From the NCBI GenBank assembly GCA_041615815.1, contig JBFJCP010000002.1, forward strand, positions 160,001 through 224,000: a DNA stretch of 64,000 nt. The letters are read 5' to 3'. This DNA comes from Gemmatimonadales bacterium. Lineage in GTDB: Bacteria; Gemmatimonadota; Gemmatimonadetes; Gemmatimonadales; GWC2-71-9. Positions 21,029 through 29,361 of this stretch are shown piece by piece. Position 1 is the stretch's first letter. The number at the start of each line of letters is the position of its first letter. A model generated the notes under the pieces. The model was not told the DNA's origin. It worked only from the letters and a program-made list of their open reading frames with translations, and ran no database searches. The position numbers and the translations under genes are program-made.

Positions 21029-23083
21029 ATGTTTTCGATGTCGTCGACGTTCCCCCAGTCGCTCGCCGCCGTGGTACTTGTTTTCGTGACACTTGCACCG
21101 TTATCGGCGCAACAAACCACTGCCATCCGTCTCGAGTCCAGCCCCAGCACGCTCTCGGCCACGGCAGGAGACTCCGTCCGCTTGCGGATCGTGGCCGTCG
21201 ATGCGCAAGGGAACCACGTCGATGCACCGGTGCGGCTCGCCGCTCCGCGGAGTTCGGTCAACGTCGTACCGTGGTACCGTAGCGGCTTCGTCCACGCCAT
21301 AGCAGCCGGCCAACACGAGATCGTTGCCTCGATCGTCAATCGTGACCCTCAGGCCACACCGGTGATGATCACGATACCCATCACGGTGCGGTGGCCACCG
21401 GTCACGCAGATCGTGATTCACCACGACGATGCCCGGCTCTATCAAGGGACGACGCTGCGTCATTGGGCCGAGGCGCTGCACGCCGACGGGTCGCGCCGTC
21501 CGGATGCCGCCATCGTCTGGCAGACTGGGACGCCGGGTATCGTGACCGTCGACCGGTTCGGATACGTCTCGGCAACGGGGACGGGCGCAGCGAGGATCGA
21601 AGCGAGCTTCAGCGGCATTCGTGGAACCATCCGGCACGACGTACGCCCGTTCCCCGCTGCAGCGCTGACGATCGACGGAGGCGTCGATGAAGTCCGGACC
21701 GGCGACGTGCAGCACTTCACGGCGGATGCGCGGGACGGTCGCGGACGCGCGGTCAGGGATCTTCCCATCACCTGGAGCTTTGATTTCACCCCAGCGGATG
21801 GCATCAAAGCACCGGCTGCGCCTGGACAGGTCAGGGCCGGCAAGTTCGTGGCGGACGTGCCCGGCCTCTATACGGTGCTGGCGTCCGCCGGGCCACTGAG
21901 CGCTCGGCAGTCGTTTCGTGTGTCACCGCGCGACGTGATTCGGCGCGTTCAGGTGCTCGGACAAGGGCGAATCCAAGACCATTACACGAGCGATTTCTGG
22001 GTCTTCGAGGGCTTGAACGGCCGGGATTACGCGCTCACCGGCTCACGTCAGGCGCAGAGTCACGCCTTCGTGTGGGATGTCACGGATCCCACGAACATCT
22101 TCAAGACCGATTCCATTCAAGTGGACGCCCGATCGGTGAATGACGTCAAAGTCTCGCCGAACGGCCGCTACGGTGTGATTAGCCGCGAGGGCGCATCGAC
22201 TCGTCGCAACGGCGTCGTGATCCTGGACCTCGCCGATCCGGCCCATCCCCGGATCGCCAGCACGTTCGACCAAGGACTGACCGGCGGCGTGCACAATGTG
22301 TTCGCCACCAACGACTATCTTTTCGCGCTCTCCGGAGGTGACAAGTACCTCATCTTGGATGTTCGCGACCTGGACAACCCCACGTACGTGAGCGAATACG
22401 ATCATCCCAACAGCCGAATCCACGACGTCTGGGTACATGATGGAATTGCGTACTCGGCTGAGTGGCAAACGGGCGTCGTGGTCGTGGACGTGGGAAATGG
22501 GCGCTGGGGCGGCTCCATCGAGAATCCCAAACTCGTGACCACCATCCCCATCCCCACGGGGCGGACGCATGCCGTCTTTCCTTATCATCAGGAATCCACC
22601 GGCAAGTTCTATCTCTTCGTGGGCGACGAGATCATCGGTCGGCGCGGCCTGGCGTGGGAAGGAACCGGCCCCGACGTTCGGATGCCGTACGATCCCAAAA
22701 CAGGCCGCGGCGGGTATCCCCGCGCCACTGCGGGCTACATCCAGATCGTCGACTTCACCGACCCCGAGCAACCCGAAATGGTGGCTCGTTACGAGGTGAG
22801 CGAGTACGGTACCCACAACATGTGGATCGAGAACGATATCCTCTACCAGGCCTACTACGAGGGCGGGGTCCGAATGGTGGACGTGTCCGGAGACCTCATG
22901 GGCAACCTGTATACCCAGGGCCGCGAGATCGCCGTGTTCAAGGCGCACGATCCCATTGGCTGGATCCCCAACGCGCCGGCCGCCTGGTCCGTCATCCCTT
23001 ATAAGGGGAACATCTTCTTCTCGGACAACACCAGCGGGTTGTGGTCGATCAAACTGCAGCCCAAAGAAGACCTGATGCCATGA
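21029..23083 (+). CDS. Secreted Ig-like domain plus LVIVD-repeat protein
   Basis: Signal peptide; Ig-like segments; repeats GVVILDLADP, YLILDVRDL, GVVVVDV, IQIVDFTDP. Confidence 0.78.
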   Translation: MFSMSSTFPQSLAAVVLVFVTLAPLSAQQTTAIRLESSPSTLSATAGDSVRLRIVAVDAQGNHVDAPVRLAAPRSSVNVVPWYRSGFVHAIAAGQHEIVASIVNRDPQATPVMITIPITVRWPPVTQIVIHHDDARLYQGTTLRHWAEALHADGSRRPDAAIVWQTGTPGIVTVDRFGYVSATGTGAARIEASFSGIRGTIRHDVRPFPAAALTIDGGVDEVRTGDVQHFTADARDGRGRAVRDLPITWSFDFTPADGIKAPAAPGQVRAGKFVADVPGLYTVLASAGPLSARQSFRVSPRDVIRRVQVLGQGRIQDHYTSDFWVFEGLNGRDYALTGSRQAQSHAFVWDVTDPTNIFKTDSIQVDARSVNDVKVSPNGRYGVISREGASTRRNGVVILDLADPAHPRIASTFDQGLTGGVHNVFATNDYLFALSGGDKYLILDVRDLDNPTYVSEYDHPNSRIHDVWVHDGIAYSAEWQTGVVVVDVGNGRWGGSIENPKLVTTIPIPTGRTHAVFPYHQESTGKFYLFVGDEIIGRRGLAWEGTGPDVRMPYDPKTGRGGYPRATAGYIQIVDFTDPEQPEMVARYEVSEYGTHNMWIENDILYQAYYEGGVRMVDVSGDLMGNLYTQGREIAVFKAHDPIGWIPNAPAAWSVIPYKGNIFFSDNTSGLWSIKLQPKEDLMP

Positions 23084-23174
23084 TGCTTGGGAGGCTGGAA
23101 GATCGGACGCACTGGAAAGCTAGAAGGCGCCAGACGCTCCCAACGTGTGGTAGACGTTCCAGCGTTCTCGCCTC

Positions 23175-24284
23175 CTAGCGTTCTTCCGTCTTCCAGAACG
23201 CGATCCCCCCCGCCTGCTGTCCCACCTCGACCGATGCTACGAGCGTCAACGTGCCCACGTCGACGACGTCGACCTTCCCGGGTTGGGCCCCCACGTTCTC
23301 CACAGTGACAAAAGCGTAGCGGCCGTCCGGTGACACGACGACGCCGTGCGTCACCGTGCCGGTGGACGGCACAACGGCGCGACTCCGGCCGGATGCGAGA
23401 TCGAAGAACTGTACCGCCCCACCCTGCTTGAGGGTGACGATGAGCGTGTTCCCATCTGGCGTTACCGCCAGGTTGTAGGGGCCGCGGCCGGTGGGGAACC
23501 GCCGGAGGAGCGTCCAGCGATCGACGGCGACTTCGAGGATCTCGTCGCTCTTGTTGCACGCCACGTAGATGCGGTCACCGGATGGGAGCGGTGCGGCCCA
23601 TGTGGGGCCGCAGGCAGCTGCGGCGCCCCGGCGACTCGACCCGTGCGTCGCCGCGGCAACACCGCGCTCTTGCCCAGGTACGACCGTGAAGCGGCGAGAC
23701 ACTTGAAACGTGCGGGTGTCGAGCTCCACCACCTCGTCGTCTCTGACACAAGCGGAATACGCGACGAGACCGTTCGGGTGGATACGCATACCATGCGGCT
23801 GGGTGCACGTCGTCGTCTGCGCGACCTCCACCATCTCCGGTGTGAACACCACCGAAATGGTGGATGGCTCGGGAGCGCCGTGGAGATTGAAGTTGGCCAC
23901 GAATGCGTAGAGGCCATCGGGTGTCAGGTCCAGCGTGGCGGGAAAGCGACCGAGGAAGGTGGAGGTTCCCACGGCGGTGTCGGGACCGGTAGCGATTTTC
24001 CAAAACTTGCCGTCCGGAATCCCGTGACCGGTCGTCATGTAAAGGAAACGCCCATCGGGCGAGGTCCGGAGTCCGTGGGGTCCTTCGGTTTCTGAAAAGA
24101 ACTCGCCAACCTCGGTAGTGCGCTCCACAGTGGCATCCCCCGACCCAAACCGGACACGGTGTAAGAGATCGGCGGATTCGGCAGCCACATAGACCCAGTA
24201 GGACCGAGACGTCCGCTGGGCTGGTACGTCCGCGGCTGTCGAGCAGATCAACAATCCCAGCAGAAGACCGTTGCGGAGCCACAC
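23175..24284 (-). CDS. YncE/YVTN-type beta-propeller protein
   Basis: Signal peptide; repeats GPHGLxxSPDG, GPYNLAVTPDG, THGVVVSPDG. Confidence 0.82.
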   Translation of the reverse strand: MWLRNGLLLGLLICSTAADVPAQRTSRSYWVYVAAESADLLHRVRFGSGDATVERTTEVGEFFSETEGPHGLRTSPDGRFLYMTTGHGIPDGKFWKIATGPDTAVGTSTFLGRFPATLDLTPDGLYAFVANFNLHGAPEPSTISVVFTPEMVEVAQTTTCTQPHGMRIHPNGLVAYSACVRDDEVVELDTRTFQVSRRFTVVPGQERGVAAATHGSSRRGAAAACGPTWAAPLPSGDRIYVACNKSDEILEVAVDRWTLLRRFPTGRGPYNLAVTPDGNTLIVTLKQGGAVQFFDLASGRSRAVVPSTGTVTHGVVVSPDGRYAFVTVENVGAQPGKVDVVDVGTLTLVASVEVGQQAGGIAFWKTEER

Positions 24285-24290
24285 GGCGCG

Positions 24291-24821
24291 CTAATCCTCC
24301 TCGTCCAATTCGTCGGGCGCCGCCCGCAAGTACACGATGTAGTCCAACCCCGGCGGTTCCAGATCGATGCCCCGCAGCGTCGCGAGAATCTGGGCTCGGT
24401 GATGGGTGGAGTGGTTGAGCACGTGGGCCACGATCTGGATGAGTGTGTGTTGGTACCGCTCGCCCCGGGTATTCTGGTAGGATACGATCCGCGCGAAATC
24501 CATCGGGGTGAGAGACTCGAGGTATGTCTCCCAGCTCCCGCGAGCACGGTCGAGTAACGGCGGCAACTCAGACAGCGAGCGGGTGCCCCAGACCGGCTGC
24601 ATCTTCTCCCCGGAATCGCGGATGCGTCCCAACCAGAGCAGCTCACTCGCCAAGAGATGGCCAAACAAGCGGTGGGCGCGGTCGAGCCCAGCCTGCACTG
24701 ACAAACTGCGCCCCCCCGCTTGCCCTTTGAGAAAGCTCAGCAACATGCGATTGGCCCACCAGTCATGGCGGAAACGTTCCAGGAAATGGTTGCGAAACAG
24801 ACCGAGGTCCTGTTCGCTCAT
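24291..24821 (-). CDS. DinB-family protein
   Basis: WAN...HLLASE..WL.R...HVLNHSTHHRAQI metal-binding motif. Confidence 0.88.
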   Translation of the reverse strand: MSEQDLGLFRNHFLERFRHDWWANRMLLSFLKGQAGGRSLSVQAGLDRAHRLFGHLLASELLWLGRIRDSGEKMQPVWGTRSLSELPPLLDRARGSWETYLESLTPMDFARIVSYQNTRGERYQHTLIQIVAHVLNHSTHHRAQILATLRGIDLEPPGLDYIVYLRAAPDELDEED

Positions 24822-24859
24822 CGGCGTAACCCCCAGGCGAACGTCGCCACAGAAGACTA

Positions 24860-25552
24860 GGGGAACACGGGACCGTTGGCCAGCGTCCCTCGCTCCTTCC
24901 GGGCACTCCAAGTTGACCCGTACTTGACCGGGCCTCACTACTCATTCTCGAGAGAACCTCCCCCACCCCGGGAACGCAAACGACGAGGTGATCACTGCCC
25001 GAGCCCTCCGTTTGTGCTCAGGCGTTGGATCGGTCGCGCCGGTCGCCGACCGGTGCTCGAGACGTCGAGCTCGTGGCGGTTGCCACGCGGCGTCGCGGCG
25101 TCGTCTTTGCTCCGCGCGGTTGTGGCCAGGGAACGGACGCGAAGGTGGCGGACGGCCACTTGGCCCGCGACGCGCATTCCGATTGCCGACGTGGTTAAGT
25201 CCCAAGCCGTGCAGATCCGTGCGTTCGTGACCGTCGTCATCGCCGGAGGACTGCTCGCTCCGCTACCGGATCCGGCTCCGGATTACCTCTCCGGTGTCGA
25301 GAAACCGACGTTACACCGAAGGCCAGCCGAAGCAACCGACGAACGTGCGCGTCCGAGTCGCCTACGGGTGCCAAGCGCCGTGCAGCTCGACTCGTTGCCG
25401 CTCGCGGAGCTTCACCGTTTCGGGATCGTGATGCGACCGGAAACATGCCAGCGACGCGGGGCGGCGCCACACGTTTATTGCTAACGCTTCCTCGGCCCCA
25501 AGGCAGGTCCTGACGGCCACTTACCCGATCCCTGCCGTGTTGCGGGTCCCCC
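24860..25552 (-). ncRNA. Candidate large structured non-coding RNA (family not recognised)
   Basis: No credible CDS; complementary ends (24860-24870 with 25535-25552), nested helices, cUUCGg and GNRA loops read on the minus strand, TACACT -10-like box just upstream. See findings. Confidence 0.45.
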
Positions 25553-25860
25553 ACGAGTGTAGTAACCGAAGTGAGGACCGCCGGAGACGTGGAACCGCCG
25601 CGACATCGCAAACCGCCTATTTCTCTCGCAGAATCCCGTCAAATCAGGGTCGAATCACGGCACAAGGGTTGCACCAGCAATCCACAGCGTCCCGCTCGGA
25701 CGCTCGCCGAAGCGAGCCCTCGGTCGTGTAGGCGTGCGGCGGGTACGCCCAGTCCCGCGCGTCGTGCGCGCCCGAGCGGTGAACAGTCGGTTCCGTCCGA
25801 GCACCGAACGTCTGGTGTCGCCGGAAGCCCCCGGAAGCAAGCGGGGGCGGGAGTCGTATC

Positions 25861-26775
25861 ATGTGGTATCTCATCGGAGAAATCCTCGCCGCGCTCGTCT
25901 TCGGGCTCCTGATTGGGGCAGCCATTGGCTGGGTATTCCGCGATCAGCGGGCCAAGAAGGATCTGAACGAGCTCAACACGTACTGGCTCACGACCAAACG
26001 GCGGTTGGAATCCCGCCTCACGGAGTTTCGTGAGCACCTGCAGCAGGCCGATCAGCGGCACTCACACTTGGAGCGCACGCTGGACGAGAAGCTGTCGGCC
26101 CTCAAGCGGGTCGCCGGCGACCTTGGCACCGCGGAAAGGCAGGTGACCGACCTCGAGTCACAGGTCGTGGTGCTGCAGTTGGAGCATCGTGCCTTGGCCA
26201 GGCATCTCGAAGCGACGGGTGGCCGCGGCCGCGAGTTGGAGGAGGCGCTCCAGATGGCCCAACAACGCGTGGCGGAGTACGAGCCCCTGGTGGCCGAGTG
26301 CACCGAGCGCGAGGCCAGGATCGAGGAGCTCTCATCGTTGGTCGCATCCGCCGATACCCGCATTGCTCAGATCGAGACTGAGTATCAGTCCGAGATGGAG
26401 CAAGTCGAAGCGACGCATCGGCGAGAACTCGAGGCCAAAGACAAGCGCATCGAGCGGTTGCAGGCCGAGCTGCAGCAGATCAAAGAGGCCGTGGGCGCCG
26501 GTACCAGCGGCGGCAATGGCCGAAACGGCAGGAACGGCAGACGGAGCGGCAATCGTATCGCCGCGTCTCCGGACAACCTGCAGCAGATCCGTGGCATCGG
26601 CCAGGGCATCGAGAAGGTGCTCAACCGGATGGGTATCCACACCTTCGAGCAGATCGCCGACTGGAGCCCCGAAGAGATGGAACGGGTCTCCGAAGAGTTG
26701 GGGCCGCTCCAGAACCGCATCAACCGCGACCGCTGGGTGGCGCAGGCTCGGAAACTGGCCAAGACGAAGGCGTAG
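25861..26775 (+). CDS. Membrane-anchored coiled-coil protein with C-terminal helix-hairpin-helix domain
   Basis: N-terminal TM, long heptad-rich region, DNLQQIRGIGQGIEKVLNRMGIHTFEQIA...WVAQA. Confidence 0.8.
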   Translation: MWYLIGEILAALVFGLLIGAAIGWVFRDQRAKKDLNELNTYWLTTKRRLESRLTEFREHLQQADQRHSHLERTLDEKLSALKRVAGDLGTAERQVTDLESQVVVLQLEHRALARHLEATGGRGRELEEALQMAQQRVAEYEPLVAECTEREARIEELSSLVASADTRIAQIETEYQSEMEQVEATHRRELEAKDKRIERLQAELQQIKEAVGAGTSGGNGRNGRNGRRSGNRIAASPDNLQQIRGIGQGIEKVLNRMGIHTFEQIADWSPEEMERVSEELGPLQNRINRDRWVAQARKLAKTKA

Positions 26776-26799
26776 TCAGTCCAGCGATACCAGACACAG

Positions 26800-26830
26800 A
26801 AAGCCCGCTCCAACACGGAGCGGGCTTTTT
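26800..26830. terminator. Intrinsic terminator between convergent genes
   Basis: AAAGCCCGCTCC-aacac-GGAGCGGGCTTT followed by a T run on the plus strand. Confidence 0.85.
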
Positions 26831-26842
26831 GCGTCGCATGGC

Positions 26843-28012
26843 TCATCCCACGAACTCTCGGAGAACCGTGAGCAACCGCTCGGCATCGGATTGCTCGTTG
26901 TAGACGTGTGGCGAAACGCGGATGGCGTCGCCACGGACGCTCACGAACACCTGCTTCTCCATGAGGCGTTGCGGTAGCGCTCCGGGAATTCCGTGCGGAA
27001 GCCGCACACCGAGCATGTGGCCAACGCGATGACTCGACGGAAGTACCGCACATCCCACTGCTTCGGCCTCCGCTGCCACAAAATCTGTGAATCGGCGCAG
27101 CGTTGCGGCAACCCGCTCGACCCCCCATTCCAGAAGCTGCAAAAGGGCTGTGCAAGCCATGGGCGCGAGAACAAACTGTGGGTATTCGCCCATATCGAAG
27201 CGCCGCGCACCCGGCCGGTAGGTGTCCACGTAATCCACGAGGCCGGCGAAATCCTCGGCACCGGCCCGCGTCAACCACGACGCCTCCAAGGGTTGTCCCA
27301 CCTCGCGCCATTTGGGGCTGGCGTAGAGGTAACCGAGACCGTACGGACCGAGCTGCCACTTGTATCCCACGGACACCAAGAAGTCCGGCTGCACGGCGGC
27401 GACATCGAGGGGATAGGCACCCAGCGATTGGCTCGCGTCCACGACCAGGGCCGCCCCCACGGCACGGGCGTGCGCTCCGACCTTCACGAGATCGACGAGC
27501 GCGCCGTCCGTCCAATGGCAATTCGGGACCGCAACGACCGCGGTCTCCTCATCGATGGCGTCGAGAACGGCGTGCGTCCATGCATCGGATGGTGTCTTTC
27601 GCACGGTACGCACGGTAGCGCCGCATGCATGGGCTCGCTCACGCCAGGCGTAGACGTTGGACGGGAATTGTTCGCTCAGCATCACCACGTTTTGCCCCCG
27701 ATAGAGCGGGACGTTCGCCGCGGCGACGGCGACGCCGTAACTCACCGCGGGGACGAGGGCAATGCCGTCGGTATCAGCGCCCATGAGCCGCGCCGCCGCG
27801 GCTCTCAGCGCTTCGGCCTCCGTGAACCAATCCGGCGCTCGCGTCTTCCACGGGGCCTTCTTCCGCGTGACGGCGGCGAGGCCGGCGACCGTCACGGCGC
27901 GAAGCTGGGGTGACATGTTGGCGCAGTTAAGGAATGCCACGCCCCGCGGAAGATCGAAGAGGGCGCGTTGTGGAGGGAGGGAGTCTGGCACTTTACTGGC
28001 TATATCACTCAT
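26843..28012 (-). CDS. PLP-dependent class V aminotransferase-fold enzyme
   Basis: FLNCANMSP, VVDASQSLG, GYKWQLGPYG (PLP lysine), IRVSPHVYN; no desulfurase catalytic Cys loop. Confidence 0.88.
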   Translation of the reverse strand: MSDIASKVPDSLPPQRALFDLPRGVAFLNCANMSPQLRAVTVAGLAAVTRKKAPWKTRAPDWFTEAEALRAAAARLMGADTDGIALVPAVSYGVAVAAANVPLYRGQNVVMLSEQFPSNVYAWRERAHACGATVRTVRKTPSDAWTHAVLDAIDEETAVVAVPNCHWTDGALVDLVKVGAHARAVGAALVVDASQSLGAYPLDVAAVQPDFLVSVGYKWQLGPYGLGYLYASPKWREVGQPLEASWLTRAGAEDFAGLVDYVDTYRPGARRFDMGEYPQFVLAPMACTALLQLLEWGVERVAATLRRFTDFVAAEAEAVGCAVLPSSHRVGHMLGVRLPHGIPGALPQRLMEKQVFVSVRGDAIRVSPHVYNEQSDAERLLTVLREFVG

Positions 28013-28020
28013 GCCAGTTT

Positions 28021-28049
28021 ATGATACACGAGCCTACTTTACTAGTCAA
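28021..28049 (-). promoter_or_regulatory. Sigma70-type promoter of the class V aminotransferase gene
   Basis: Minus strand TTGACT (28049-28044), 17-nt spacer, TATCAT (28026-28021); ATG follows 8 nt later. Confidence 0.7.
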
Positions 28050-28059
28050 GAGATAAAAG

Positions 28060-28713
28060 ATGGTAAAGCCAAATGGCGTTCCGGCCCTTTCCCTCGACCC
28101 CGGCGACTACGGTGGCACGTACAAGCTCATCGGTGGCCGCGTAAGCTTGGACTTCGTCAACACGGTGAGCTATCCCGGCACCGACCACCCACACGATTGG
28201 CTCGATCGGCCGGCCAACGTGCTGGCCTGGGCTCTCGCCGTCGATCTCATCGATCAGACTACCGCGCGGTCGTTGGCCCGTCGGACGGCAGCCCATCCGC
28301 GAAGCACAGCTCATGCGCTCGAACGGATTCGCCAACGGCGCGCGACGATCACTGCGGCCTTGTCACCACTCGCGCGCGGTAAACTCCCGGCTCGGGACGA
28401 CGTGGATGCGCTCAACCAGCTCCTGATCGCCGCGCGCGGACAACACGTCATCGATCCCGCCACACTCGAGTGGTGCTGGGAGCCGCCTCAGCGGCTCGAT
28501 GACATCGTTCGACCCGTGATCCTCGACACCGCAGACGTTTTGACTTCCGGCGACCACTCCCGTATCCATCACTGCCCCGCGTGTCAGTGGCTGTTTTATG
28601 ACGGTACCCGCAACCGCAGTCGCCGCTGGTGCGCGATGGCCGACTGCGGTAGCCGCGACAAGGCACTCCGTTATTATCACCGCCACCGGCGGCAACGCCA
28701 CGCGGGCGAATGA
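28060..28713 (+). CDS. ABATE/CGNR zinc-finger transcription regulator
   Basis: LDFVNT N-terminus; CPACQWLFYDGTRNRSRRWCAMADCGSRDK. Confidence 0.9.
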   Translation: MVKPNGVPALSLDPGDYGGTYKLIGGRVSLDFVNTVSYPGTDHPHDWLDRPANVLAWALAVDLIDQTTARSLARRTAAHPRSTAHALERIRQRRATITAALSPLARGKLPARDDVDALNQLLIAARGQHVIDPATLEWCWEPPQRLDDIVRPVILDTADVLTSGDHSRIHHCPACQWLFYDGTRNRSRRWCAMADCGSRDKALRYYHRHRRQRHAGE

Positions 28714-28792
28714 GCCTCGCTCGCCAGCGGTCGGAGTCGGACGCGAGCGGAGAACGCGTTGAAACCACCATTACTGTCGAGGTCAGCAACGT

Positions 28793-29194
28793 ATGCAAGT
28801 GGTCGGCATTGTGACGCTCGTCGTCCGCGACTACGATGAAGCAATCCAGTATTTCACGCAGAAGCTCGGATTTGCCCTGCTGGAGGACACGCCACGCGAA
28901 GGAGACAAGCGGTGGGTTGTGGTGGCGCCGCCGACCTCGCAAGGGGCTGGCCTCCTGTTGGCGCGGGCGGCCACGCCCGAACAGGAAGCCTGCGTCGGCC
29001 GTCAGACCGGCGGACGTGTCTTTCTGTTTCTCCACACGGACGACTTCGCCGCGGACTATCAGGCGATGCAGGCGAGGGGCGTGCGGTTCGTGGAGGCACC
29101 CCGCAACGAGGCGTATGGTACGGTTGTCGTTTTCGAGGACCTGTACGGCAATCGGTGGGACCTGCTGCAGCCGCTGGTGGACCCCGTGCGCTGA
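28793..29194 (+). CDS. VOC/glyoxalase-family protein
   Basis: TLVVRDYDEAI...GRQTGGRVFLFLHTDDF...YGTVVVFEDLYGNRWDL. Confidence 0.9.
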   Translation: MQVVGIVTLVVRDYDEAIQYFTQKLGFALLEDTPREGDKRWVVVAPPTSQGAGLLLARAATPEQEACVGRQTGGRVFLFLHTDDFAADYQAMQARGVRFVEAPRNEAYGTVVVFEDLYGNRWDLLQPLVDPVR

Positions 29195-29361
29195 CTGGCA
29201 ATCGCCCCCTCCTCAAGCACGGCTCGGCTATTCAGCGCCTTCGCCCGACGTGCCCCAGGCCACCACGACAATGCATGCCCCGCTCAGGGGCAGCAAAGTG
29301 CGCGCCCCAGGCGGAGCGGGCGTCATCGTGGCCTCATACCCTCAAACCTACCACCCGCCTC

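Noticed and set aside
24876..25611. ORF-track ORFs across the 24.9-25.6 kb gap
   Set aside because: Arg/Pro/Ala-rich translations typical of non-coding GC-rich frames; no recognisable domain or clear RBS.
24850..25620. Known RNA identities for the large non-coding region (RNase P, tmRNA, group II intron, OLE, raiA motif, cobalamin riboswitch)
   Set aside because: Only short isolated look-alike words (GACCTGCC, GAGCCGGAT, AGTAGTGAG) were seen. The full signatures and order are absent: no GAGGAAAGTCC, no tRNA-like ends, no canonical domain V hairpin or RT ORF, no B12 box context.
26508..26553. GGNGRNGRNGRRSGN low-complexity repeat
   Set aside because: Ordinary flexible linker within the coiled-coil protein.
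26843..28012. Selenocysteine lyase or cysteine desulfurase linked to the selenoprotein
   Set aside because: Lacks the catalytic Cys loop (SVRGDAIRVS instead) and lies 27 kb from the selenoprotein gene.
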